From the NCBI GenBank assembly GCA_038087875.1, contig CM075979.1, positions 17,174,001-17,238,000 on the forward strand: DNA of 64,000 nt, in the 5' to 3' direction. This DNA comes from Malacoraja senta (lineage: Eukaryota). Every line of letters starts with the position of its first letter. Within the stretch, counting starts at the first letter, position 1. The notes beneath the pieces are model-generated. The model was not told where the DNA came from and did not search any database. It saw nothing but the letters and a program-made list of their open reading frames with translations. Made by a program: the position numbers and the translations under genes. This document shows positions 50,380 through 61,184 of the stretch, piece by piece.

Positions 50380-50860
50380 ATCCCATCCCCCCGGGCAGAG
50401 TGCACGCTCTCGCACCAGGCCACTGGTACTTTCGGTGGGTCCGTGTGTGTGTTTGTGGGTCTGGAGTGGACGAGGAGAGGTGAATGAGCGGCGATGATGA
50501 TGAAGAGCATCGTAGGCCACGGCTCACTCACTAAACCCCTGATAGATTTAACACTGCAAGAGGCTGGGCTGCGCCAGAAAATCAACCACTGCGTTTATTG
50601 GGGTGGCGGATCAAACGGTCAGTTTAAGCATTTCAAAAGAGGCGATGGCCAACTTTAGAGCCGCCACTTCACTTCAGCCAGGTTTTACTCACTCGCCCGA
50701 CAATCTCGGCGTCGCTCTCCCATCCCGTGGCCCTGGCAACGCCGCGCCGTGACGCGGTGCCCGCCGGGAGATGGAGTCCATTGCGCCCAAAATTAAACTA
50801 CAATTTCCATCAGGTACCGCGGCGCCCACGTTCATTTGAATTGGGTCCGCTTGGAAAATA
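50380..50860. promoter_or_regulatory. CpG island; probable bidirectional IFTAP(NWC)/RAG2 promoter
   Basis: CpG-dense non-repeat segment about 1 kb upstream of the RAG2 coding exon, where the mammalian NWC promoter lies; ZNF143-like ACTACAATTTCCAT 50797-50810; X-box 50727-50740. Confidence 0.75.
50693..50780 (-). other. IFTAP: Probable non-coding first exon of IFTAP (5' end approximate)
   Basis: Donor CGA|GTGAGT at 50692-50687 inside the CpG island; alternative donor TTA|GTGAGT at 50531-50526. Confidence 0.5.
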
Positions 50861-51878
50861 AACCTTCAACTTAGTTCCCGAACCAAATGTAAGGAAGAGC
50901 GGGAAAAACATAGATCATTTTTAAATCCCAATATTTGTATTTGCATTCAAACCAATTTAAATAAAATAATAAGAATAGAAACCGCTGGAAGTCGACTTTG
51001 AACGTTCACCAAAAGTGCCATCTAGCTTATGGAGTATTTCTAGCATATATTGCCTACTGTTTCCATTATGTATCTCTAAACTAAACTAAACATAAATATT
51101 CAGCTCCAATTGGCTCCAGGTTAAGACAAAGTTAAAAGCTGTAGATTAAGGCCAGACGCCACTCAACCTTTTATCCTGATTAGTTTATCCAGCCTTCACA
51201 AATATTAATTTTCTAAACCATCCCACAATCAATTCGTTCCTTTGATCAAACCAACGTTAATTCTCATTACTCCCCTCCGAAGACCTACCTGAGGGCTGTT
51301 TTTTATAATTCAGGAACACATTTGGGAATGCCTAGCAATGATCTACCTATTCCAGCCTTCACTGCCACCATGATTTTGAGGTCATAATCTCCATCTGATG
51401 CACATGCAACCAATACTGCTCTCTAAAGATGGAAAATTCCTTTGCATCTTTTCCCATCAATGTTACAAATAAAGAACAAATACTGAAAAACAGAAAAAAG
51501 TATCCTGAACTAGAATTCCAAAAATGTAGAGTTGGCTGAATGAAGATTTATTGACACTGAATTACTGTATCAATGTGAGGTGCAATCATAATTTGCCAGT
51601 TAATTTTCTTGAAGTTAATGAATATAATGCTTTCATCAATAAACCATGAGGAAAGCATGAACCCCAAATAATTCCGCTTAAATATATGTTTTCTTAATCA
51701 TTGGCTTATCATTAAAATAATGATAAATGGCAGCAACTATGCAAATTGTCTTGTAGAATGGTCAGTTTTGCATCATCACAGTCTGTAATAAAATATACAT
51801 CTTGATTTTCTTTTCATTTCTAACATAATGTTACATTCAGTTTCCTTTCAAAGGTCCAGCCAGCTATCGACTACAACA

Positions 51879-53438
51879 ATGTCCCTGCAAATGGTTTCAG
51901 AGAAGAGCAGTACCAACCTAATACAGCCAGGATTCTCCTTACTCAATTTTCATGGTGAAGTCTTTCTTTTTGGGCAGAAAGGGTGGCCTAAACGATCCTG
52001 CAGCACAGGCGTTTTTCTTCTTCATCTCAAGGACCATCTACTGAAACTTAAACCAGTTTCATTTCCATCGGAATCATGCTACCTTCCACCGCTGCGCCGG
52101 CCTGCAATAACTCATTACTCGGATCCCTCAGAAACAGGAAGCCTTTATTATATCATTCACGGTGGGAGAACTCCGAATAGTGAAGTGCCTAATTCACTTT
52201 ACGTCATGAGGGTTTATGACAATACTGCCAAAAAGAGAACATCTCTTTGTTGCAGTGAAAAAAATCTAAAAGGAGATGTCCCCACAGGAAGATATGGCCA
52301 CACAATCAATGTGATTCAGAACAAGGGACAAACTATATGTGTCTTGTTTGGGGGTAGATCCTACCAGCCTCCTGGGCAAAGAACCACACAAAACTGGAAC
52401 AGCTTAGTCGATTGTTTGCCTGAGGTTTTTCTGATTGATATGAACACTGGCCATTGCACATCCCACATGCTACCAGAAATAGAAGAAGGATTTTCATTCC
52501 ATGTTGCTGTTTCAAAAATTGACACCATCTATATATTAGGTGGCCACTCCATCAAAGACAATCTTCGCCCTGAAAGATTGCTTAGTCTAAAAGTAGATCT
52601 TTCAGGCATCCATCCCAGTGTTAAATGTACAGTACTGCATGGGGGTATCTCTGTATCAAGTGCAATAGTGACCCAAGCTGTCAAAGATGAATTCATCATT
52701 GTTGGCGGCTATGAATCTGAGAGCAAGAAGCGAATCATTTGTAACACCATCGTTTTGGAGAATGATAGCATTCAGATATTGGAAAAAGATCCCCCAATGT
52801 GGACTAGTGATATAAACACAAGCAAAACCTGGTTTGGCAGCGATATGGGAAGTGGTGCAGTGTTAATAGGAATTCCTGGAAATACAAAACAGGATACATC
52901 AGAAGCAAACTACTTCTATACAGCAAATTTTGGACAGCCAAAAGAAGAGAGCCAAATGTCTGCCAGCCAGGAATCCTTTACTGATCCTGAGGAATGCAGT
53001 GCATTTGAAGATTCAGAAGAATTTCACTTTGTAGTGGAGCCAGATCCCTCTGAATATGTGGAAAACTTGAATGAAGGTGATGAAGAAGGATATTGGATAA
53101 AATGCAGTGCCAACTGCAATATGAATATCAAGATCTGGGTGCCCTATTATTCCACAGAACTCAATAAACCAGCAATGATCTTCTGTTCAAATGCAGGTGA
53201 TGATGGACACTGGGTACATGCTCAGTGCATGAATCTCACAGAATCACAGCTAATCCAGTTTTCTCAGGAGAACATAAAGTACTTTTGCAATGAACACTTT
53301 ATTGATAGAGGCATTAAAACTCCACCAAAGAAAAAGCAGATAAAGCGAACACCAATAAAAACCCCACGTAAGAAGTCACCAGCAACACTGAAAAGGACAC
53401 CAATGAAGAAAAGCTTCCTGAAGAGACTGTTTGATTGA
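51879..53438 (+). CDS. RAG2: V(D)J recombination-activating protein 2, intact single coding exon, 519 aa
   Basis: MSLQMV..LIQPGFSL..FGQKGWPKRSC, CYLPPLR, HGGRTPN, RYGHT, FGGRSY, FEDSEEF, PHD GHWVHAQCM..YFCNEH, C-terminus KKSFLKRLFD; acceptor tttcctttcaaag at 51853 lies 25 nt before this ATG. Confidence 0.99.
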   Translation: MSLQMVSEKSSTNLIQPGFSLLNFHGEVFLFGQKGWPKRSCSTGVFLLHLKDHLLKLKPVSFPSESCYLPPLRRPAITHYSDPSETGSLYYIIHGGRTPNSEVPNSLYVMRVYDNTAKKRTSLCCSEKNLKGDVPTGRYGHTINVIQNKGQTICVLFGGRSYQPPGQRTTQNWNSLVDCLPEVFLIDMNTGHCTSHMLPEIEEGFSFHVAVSKIDTIYILGGHSIKDNLRPERLLSLKVDLSGIHPSVKCTVLHGGISVSSAIVTQAVKDEFIIVGGYESESKKRIICNTIVLENDSIQILEKDPPMWTSDINTSKTWFGSDMGSGAVLIGIPGNTKQDTSEANYFYTANFGQPKEESQMSASQESFTDPEECSAFEDSEEFHFVVEPDPSEYVENLNEGDEEGYWIKCSANCNMNIKIWVPYYSTELNKPAMIFCSNAGDDGHWVHAQCMNLTESQLIQFSQENIKYFCNEHFIDRGIKTPPKKKQIKRTPIKTPRKKSPATLKRTPMKKSFLKRLFD

Positions 53439-53658
53439 AATTGTAAAACGTATAACAAAAATACTGCATGCAGAAAATTATAAACAGTACAGGGTTCTGA
53501 CTTTTAGCATATTCCAGACCTATTACTGTGTTAAGATATCAGTCATTATTTTGTGGAATATAAATGCAGCAACCAGGCGGCCAAAGGCCATCTCTGGATT
53601 AGTTAACGTCATTTACTGATAACAAGGTGGAAATTCTTTCTTATTGAACAAAAGTTTA

Positions 53659-53768
53659 AATAAACTGATTTACCAAAAGATGCCGTTTGGTCAAATGTGA
53701 CTATTATATTGTAAATTGCACAAGGTTCTCAGAATATAATAAAGCACGACACATTAAAAAGCAATAAA
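53659..53768 (+). terminator. Candidate RAG2 polyadenylation signals
   Basis: AATAAA at 53659, 53738 and 53763, just before a CR1 remnant begins at about 53790. Confidence 0.5.
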
Positions 53769-53789
53769 CCCTGTTGTATAATGGGTCAT

Positions 53790-54465
53790 AAGGAATAGGA
53801 GTAGAATTAGGCCATTCGGCTCATCAAGTCTATTCTGTCATTCAATCATGGCTGATCTATCTCTCCCTCCCAACCCCATTCTCCTGCCTTCTCCCCATAA
53901 CCTCTGACACCTATACTAATCAAGAATCTATGTATCTCTGCCTTACAAATATCTGCTGACTTGACATCCACAGCCTTCTGTGACAAAGAATTCCACAGAT
54001 TCACCACCCTCTGACTAAATAAATTTCTCATCTCCTTCCTAAAAGAACGCCCTTTAATTCTGAGGCTATGACCTCTAGTCCTAGACTCTCCCACTCATGG
54101 AAACATCCTCTCCACATCCACTCTATCCAACCCTTTCACTATTCTGTATGTTCCAATTAGGTTCCCCCTCATTCTTCTAAACTCCAGCGAGTCCAGTCCC
54201 AGTGCCGACAAACGCTCATCATAGGTTAACCTACTCATTCCTGGGATCATTCTTGTAAACCTTCTCTGAACCCTCTCCAGAGTCAGCACATCCTTCCTCA
54301 GATATGGTGCCCAAAATTGCTCACAAAATTCCAAATGCAGCCTTACCAGCGCCTTATAGAGCCTCAACATTACATCCCTGTTTTTGTATACAAGCCCTCT
54401 TGAAATAAATGCTAGCATTGAGTTTGCTTTCTTTATTACAAATGGGAACCTATGTTTAAATGACA
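53790..54465 (-). mobile_element. CR1 LINE 3' end
   Basis: KANSMLAFISRG..LYKALVRLHLEFC.QFWAPYLRKD and ESRTRGHSLRI; typical tail. Confidence 0.92.
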
Positions 54466-56137
54466 TTTAAATATTATTTGATCTTAAACAATTTCATAAG
54501 GTTACCGTCACTATTTCTTTGTGTTACTGCCTTGAATGCTACATTATGGGGAGAAGGCAGGAGAATGGGGTTGAGAGGGATAGATCAGCTATGATTGAAT
54601 GGCAGAGTAGACTCGATAGGTTGAATGGTCTAATTCTGCTCCTATGACTTATGAACCTATGAACATATTTGATGCTCAGATGAATTACTAAAGAAACTGA
54701 TAGCAAAATAAATTCTGGTACTCTGTTTGTAAGACAACAATTATTAAATCAGTGGTGCTAATGTGGTAAAGGAAAAAAAATGATAATCATGCTTGAACTG
54801 CGACTTTTTGAAATCTACACAATAAATTTAATTCATCACGAGCACTAATATGTATGATTCTATGAAAAGTATAAGGTAACAAAAAGTCCAAAAGTGCAGT
54901 GATCATCAAAAAATAAGTTAATAAATAAATCGCAACATTTGTGTTCATTCCGATGTCCCACTTGCCTTGGAGATGTCTTGAAGATTATTTTGTAATGGCC
55001 TCCAGCTCTAGTTGTTGTTTTAGTTTTCTAACTTTGCTCAAAGTATTTTCATGTGTTTAGTAATGCAAGTCATAGTACGGGCATGTAGGTTTTGCATTCT
55101 CTGCAAACCAAAATCATTTAGGCATAGTAACAAATTCTGCTGCCAAATCCTAATTTGTACAAACTCACATTCAGCAATTACATGTGACCTATCCAGCTCA
55201 CATATATATACACATATATCCTATATATGTGATTACTGATCCAGCGATGTCTCAATTTTAAATTTCTGATCCTATCTTCCAAATCCCTTCTTGGCTGCAC
55301 ATTCCATATTCCTGCAACCCCTCCAGTAAAACAATATCCCAAAGTGACCTAAAAGCTTGTGCATGCTTAAAACTCCAGCGTCGCTGATTTTAATTCTTTC
55401 ATCATTCACGGCTTGCTTTTAAGATCTGGAATCCCCTCGTGACCACATCTGCCAAGCTTTGGTCACCCAAGATAATGGCTTGTGTTAGTAGAAGCTTTTC
55501 TATAAAGGAGTTTGGCACTGTTAATTTAATTAAAGTTGTGTAGGAAGGAGCTGCAGATGCTAGTTTAAACCAAAGATAGACACAAAAAGCTGGAGTAACT
55601 CAGTGGGACATGCAGCATCTCTGCAGAGAAGGAATGGGTGATGTTTCGGTCGAGATCCTTCTTCGGAAAATTGTCCTGATGCACTGTACCATTTCTACTA
55701 CTACATTAATAACAATAATTTGAAATATTACAACACCATTGACATACCAGTTCTATTCCAAAAATATTGATGCTGAGCCACAGAAAGAAATGTTAAGGAA
55801 GATGACTAAAGGCTTGATCGAAAAGGTTGGTCTTAGCAAGCAGCTTGAAGAAACAGAGATCAAAACAGAAAAATAAAGGGTCTGTCCTGCTGCGGCGACC
55901 TAATCCGCGAGTTAAGAAGAGTGTCTTTGACCTTCAAGCTCGAGGGCACTCGCCTGGAAAACCTCGAGCTGGATCGACCGTCCGCATTGAAACCGCGAGC
56001 TGGATCGACCGACCGCACACACACACAAACACAAACACATCACAAAGGCGGGGGCCAGCGCTGTCTGAAATTCATACCCGCGAAGAAGAGGATGATAAAA
56101 GACGGCTGCACAGTGTACAGTAAGTCCTTTAGAGAGC

Positions 56138-56279
56138 NNNNNNNNNNNNNNNNNNNNNNNNNNNNNNNNNNNNNNNNNNNNNNNNNNNNNNNNNNNNNNN
56201 NNNNNNNNNNNNNNNNNNNNNNNNNNNNNNNNNNNNNNNNNNNNNNNNNNNNNNNNNNNNNNNNNNNNNNNNNNNNNNN
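56138..56279. other. Assembly gap
   Basis: Run of 142 N. Confidence 1.
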
Positions 56280-56696
56280 TGGAGACACCTTTAAGAAGTA
56301 TAATAAAGTTTAGCGGGCATTTAACCTACCGGTCGGTTTTCTTTGGTCCTGAAAACTCCAATGAGCCAATCAAAATGCCCGGTCAGCGAAGGAGATTGCC
56401 TACGGCTGCCCTTGACTGCCTGTAACTAAATAGCGACCCCACTCCACTGCACTACTAGTTAAAAAGAACCATGCCGACCAAATTTTACTTGCGGAAAATG
56501 TTTCAACATGCTGAAAATTTTTCCCGAACCTAGCTGAGGCCGCGAGTTTGCAGGAACTTTCCTCGAGCATGAAAGAGAGTTCCAGTGACCTCAGAGGACC
56601 TCCTAGGACCACATGTCGGCCATGTTGCGAGTTTGAGTCGAGGGCAAACTCTTCTAAACTCGCAGATTAGGTCGCCACAGTGGGACAGCCCCTTAA
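56280..56696. mobile_element. Right part of a Harbinger-type MITE, cut by the gap
   Basis: Ends cacagtgggacagcccctt; shares tcgagggcaaactcttctaaactcgc with the fragment at about 33083-33137. Confidence 0.7.
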
Positions 56697-59099
56697 AGAG
56701 GAGGAGTTGGCTATTCGGTTCATCCAGCCTTCTCTAGCAATCAGCACAAGCACAAGTGATTAGAAACATAAAAACAGAAATATAGAAATATAGGTGCAGG
56801 AGTAGGCCATTCGGCCCTTTGAGCCAACACCGCCATTCAATATGATCATGGCTGATCATCTAAAATCAGTACCCCGTTCCTGCTTTTTCCCCATATCTCT
56901 TGATTCCTTTAACCCTAAGAGCTAAATCTAACTCTCTCTTGAAAATTAACCATCATATAGATGACACCATCATGGAGATGTACAGCACAGAAATGGGCCT
57001 TTCAGCCCACCACATCCACACTCACCTTTTTGGCTATCTACATTAATCCTGTGTACCCAACTCTGTATTTTAGTACCATATTCCTGTATCTTGATCAGTC
57101 TTGTGTCTATACATCTATCTTCTTACATATATTTAGTATATCATGATATATATATGCCTTCTGTGGATGAAATTACCGCTTGAGTGAAGAACTTTCTCAT
57201 CGCATTCCTGAATCATTTACCTCATATTTTGAGTCTGTGACCCCTGGTCTCCCACTGACCCATTGGAAACAGCCACCCTGAATCCCAGCTGTCAAGCCCA
57301 GTTAATTTCAATAAGATCTTCTCTCATTCTACTGAATGCCAGCAAATGTAAGCCTAATTAAACCAATCCTTCTTGATACGCCTTGCCATCACGGGAATAG
57401 GTTTAGTGAACCTCTGTTACACTGCCTTTATGGTGAGAATATTGTTTCTGAAGTGAGGAGTGCACTCCAAAGACGTACAGGTATGTAGGTAAATTGGCTT
57501 TGTATAAATATAAATTGTCCCTAATGTGTGTAGCATCGTGTTAATAGCGCGGGGTGGACTCGGTGGGCCGAAGGGCCTGTTTCTGCTCGGTTTCTCTAAA
57601 ACTAAACCGAAAAACCAGAACTGTATGCAGTACTCCAGGTGTGTGCTCAGTAAGGTTCTACATAATAGTAGCTAGACAGCTTGTTCCTGTACACAAAACC
57701 TCAAAGCCATTGAAAGCCAACTCACCATTTGTCTTAACTGCTTGCTACATCTGCTTATTTGCTTTCATCGGCAGGTGTACAAGATCACCCAGATTCCTTT
57801 GCGCATCAACACTTATATAGTACTCTGCCTTTATGTTTTTTCCTACCAAAGGGAATAACTTCACATTTTTCCACAATGCCGTTGTGCTACATTTGCTGCA
57901 TTCCTATTCGTTTGAGCAATTTCAAAATCTGTAGAATTTTGCAAGGTGATAAGTAGACAACAACAAGAAGAGGTGGTGATGTTTAGGGATGGAATTCCAG
58001 AGCCAAAAGATTTTGATGCAGAGGCATTACTGCAAATTAGGGTGAGATTCATATTTGGGATGTGCAAGAGCCGGGAATTGTAGGAACCAGATATCTTAAA
58101 GCATTGTAGGTCTGGAAGGTTTGAATGCAAGGATGATTTTTTTTTAAATCGAGACATTCAATGAACACAGAGCTGATGCATTAAGATGATTTGGTACAAT
58201 TCAGGACAAAAGCAGCAAGTTTTCAAATTTACAACACATCAAAAATGCTAAGCTGGCCAGATGGATTGGAATGATCAGGTCATAAGAGACGTATGAATAA
58301 GGGTTTCAATGGTAGGCTAACTGAGATTAGGAACCAGGCATGTGGGCAGAAATTCCAGGAGAGAGATAGGGTCAATGGCCAGGGGTTAGAGCATATTGTA
58401 AAGACCAAACTTCAGACTACACGATATTTAGTGAGAAGACATTTCCGCATATATACATTATGTTGGACAGGCTTGGGTCCAGAGATCCAACAGAAATCTT
58501 GCAGGCCAGCGAACAGGAGGTGCATGGAAAAGCATAGAAGGTCACTAGCTGATGCCATGGCATGTCCAGACCATCTTTGACCGAACAACCAATCCCCAAT
58601 GGAGCGAAGAACAGGGGAGAGCACAAGGACAGTGCAGTCATCAAATGCTGGAAGAACATTGAAGACTTCAACCAACACTCAGCCTTTGATGTGAATGTCC
58701 TTCCCTTCATTCTACAGAATGTTATTTATTACAATCTCAATGTTATTGTTAACCCAACGAGAGGTTGACAAGTTGAAAAATAACAAACACTTTCAAACAG
58801 ATGAAAGCTCTGCTGTGATAAAGTATCTCCAACCTGAACCATCAGCTCTGCTTCTCTTTCCATGGATGTCTCCTGGTTATCAAGTGTTTCCAGCATTTTC
58901 TGTTGTAATTTCAAGGTCATAACAAATTCAGTAATTTGGCTGAACTACAAACTATTCTCGGAAGCATACTAAATAAAGATTCAAAAGCCATGGTATTACT
59001 GTACACACCACACAGCACCATCCCCAAAAGTTAGAATCAATAAAGAGATAATGTTGGAACACTGATAAAAAATTCAAACCATATCTTAAGAGGAGTAAT

Positions 59100-60060
59100 A
59101 TTCAACAAATTCACCAAATCATTGATATCGAACCTGAAGAAAAGTGGCCCTAGCACCAACTCCTGCGGAACACTAGTTACTAGCAGCAAAGCAGAAAAAG
59201 CCCCCTGCTTTGCCTTCCGCCATCTTTGCCTTCCGCCATCCAGCCAACCTGCTACCCATCATCTTCCCTCTGATACCATGGGCTCTCATCTTCTTTAGCA
59301 GACTCACATGCGGCACCTTATCAAAGGCCTTCTGAAAATCCAAGCAAATAACACCCACTGACTCTCCTTTGTCTATCCTGCTATTTACTTCCTCAAAAAA
59401 TTCCAACAAATTCATCCCTTTCACAAAACCATGCTGACTTTTTCCTATGTTATTATGAGCTTCTAAGTACGCAGGGCAGTCATGGTGGCGCAGCGGTAGA
59501 ATTGCTACCTTACAGCGAATGCAGCGCCGGAGACCCGGGTTCAATCCTGACTACGGGTGCTGTCTGTACGGAGTTTGTACGTTCTCCCCGTGATCTGCGT
59601 GGGTTTTCTCCGAGATCTTCGGTTTCCTCCCATACTCCAAAGACGTACAGGTTTTTAGGTTAATTGGCTTGGTAAATGTAAAAATTGTCCCCGACGGGTG
59701 TAGGATAGTGTTTCTGTGCAAGGATCACTGGTCTGCACGGACCTGGTGGGCCAAAGGGTCTGTTTCCGCGCTGTATCTCTAAACTAATCTAAACCTCATC
59801 CTTTATAATGGACTCTAAAAGCTTACCAACCACTGAAGTCAGGCTCACCGGCCTATAGTTTCCAGTCTTCTGCTTCGCTTCATTCTTGAACAGCAGAGTA
59901 ATAGTTGCAATTTTCCAATCATCTGGAACCACTCCTGACTCGTGATTCTTGAAAGCTCACAACGAATGCCTCCACAATCTCTAAAGCCACCACTTTCAGA
60001 ACCCTGCGGTGAAGTCCATCTGGTTCAGGTGACATCATCTTTCTGCTTCCCAAGCACCTT
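59100..60060 (-). mobile_element. CR1 LINE RT fragment interrupted by a SINE
   Basis: SQHGFVKG..LLEFFEEV..CLDFQKAFDKVPH and SPEPDGLH.RVLK.VA.EIVEA. Confidence 0.88.
59474..59793 (+). mobile_element. tRNA-head SINE, near full length
   Basis: A-box tggcgcagcggt, B-box ggttcaatcc, body tttgtacgttctccccgtga, ctaaa tail. Confidence 0.88.
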
Positions 60061-60179
60061 CTTCCCCTCCCCACCCTCCCCCACCCCACCCATTTTAGCA
60101 TTTTAGTACAGTTATGACACTGACATCGACTCAACAATGTAAACAATTGCCAAGTTATATTTTCATTCACAGAAGCAGG

Positions 60180-60830
60180 ATAATTCCAACCCAGCTAATT
60201 ACCACCTAAATAGTCTATGCTCAATCATCAGTGAGGTGATGGAAGCTATCGTCAAGAGCACTCTCAAATTCCGCTTATTCATGAACAACCTATTAGCAGA
60301 TGCCCAGTTTGGGTTCTTCCAAGATCACTTGGCTTCAGACCTCATTACAACCTTGGTCCAAACATGGATTAAACTGCTAAATTTCAGAGGTGAGATAAGA
60401 GTGACTTCCCTTGCTGTCAAGGTAAAGTTTTACAGTGTAGCATGAAGAAGACTTGGCTAAAGCTAAAGTCAATGGTCACTTGGGGTAAAACACTCAAGTG
60501 GTTGGAGACATACGTTAATAAAGAAAAATAGTTGTCATTGTAGGCTATCTCAACCCAGGACATCACTGTGGGAGTTCCTACATTCAAACATCTTTATAAG
60601 TTTCATCAGTGACTTTGTTTTCAGTTTGTCAGAAGTGGGGGTGTTCCTGATGATTTCACTGGCTACAACAACGCATGTAGGTAATCCACAACTGCATGCA
60701 GCAAGTCCTAGACAACATTTAAGCAAAAGTTGGTAAGTGACAAGTAACATTCACGCCACATAAGGACCAGGCACTGACCATCTGCAGCAAGAGAGAGTCT
60801 AATTACCCATCACTAAAACATAATGGAATT
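60180..60830 (+). mobile_element. Old L2/CR1-group LINE RT remnant
   Basis: MEAIV..QFGFFQDHLASDLITTLVQTW..RGEIRVT resembles LINE RT. Confidence 0.6.
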
Positions 60831-61184
60831 ACATTGCCAGATCTCCCAGCATCTGACAGGAGAAGAAGAAGGAGGGTCTGATGGGATCAGAAGATGAAGG
60901 TCTCAACCCGAAACATCACCCATTCCTTCTATCCAGAAATGCTGCCTGAGTTACTCCAGAATTTTGTGTCTAACATTACTATGAGTCTGGAGTCAAAAGT
61001 AGGAGGGGTGTCAAATGGGATAGTCAAGGACGGAGTTAAAGGGAAAGAGAGTAAAGGGATAGTTAATGACCCCAGAATTAACGGGAAAGAAAGCTCACAA
61101 AGGGATAGGAGAGTATGGCCAAGTGTAATAGGGATCGTTGTGAAAGGTGAGATGCGTAAGGAATTAAAAGTAGGGAAGACATAG

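Noticed and set aside
50085-50585. 166-aa minus-strand ORF at the CpG island
   Set aside because: No recognisable homology; IFTAP coding starts at 15156.
51828-51878. Upstream in-frame ATG extending RAG2 to 536 aa
   Set aside because: It lies before the acceptor at 51853, and the conserved protein starts at MSLQMV (51879).
54762-55451. RUNX and RUNX/E-box sites as the RAG intergenic silencer
   Set aside because: Isolated 6-mers are expected by chance at this length; no clustering.
59474-59560. tRNA gene
   Set aside because: A and B boxes run straight into a SINE body and tail; no complete cloverleaf.
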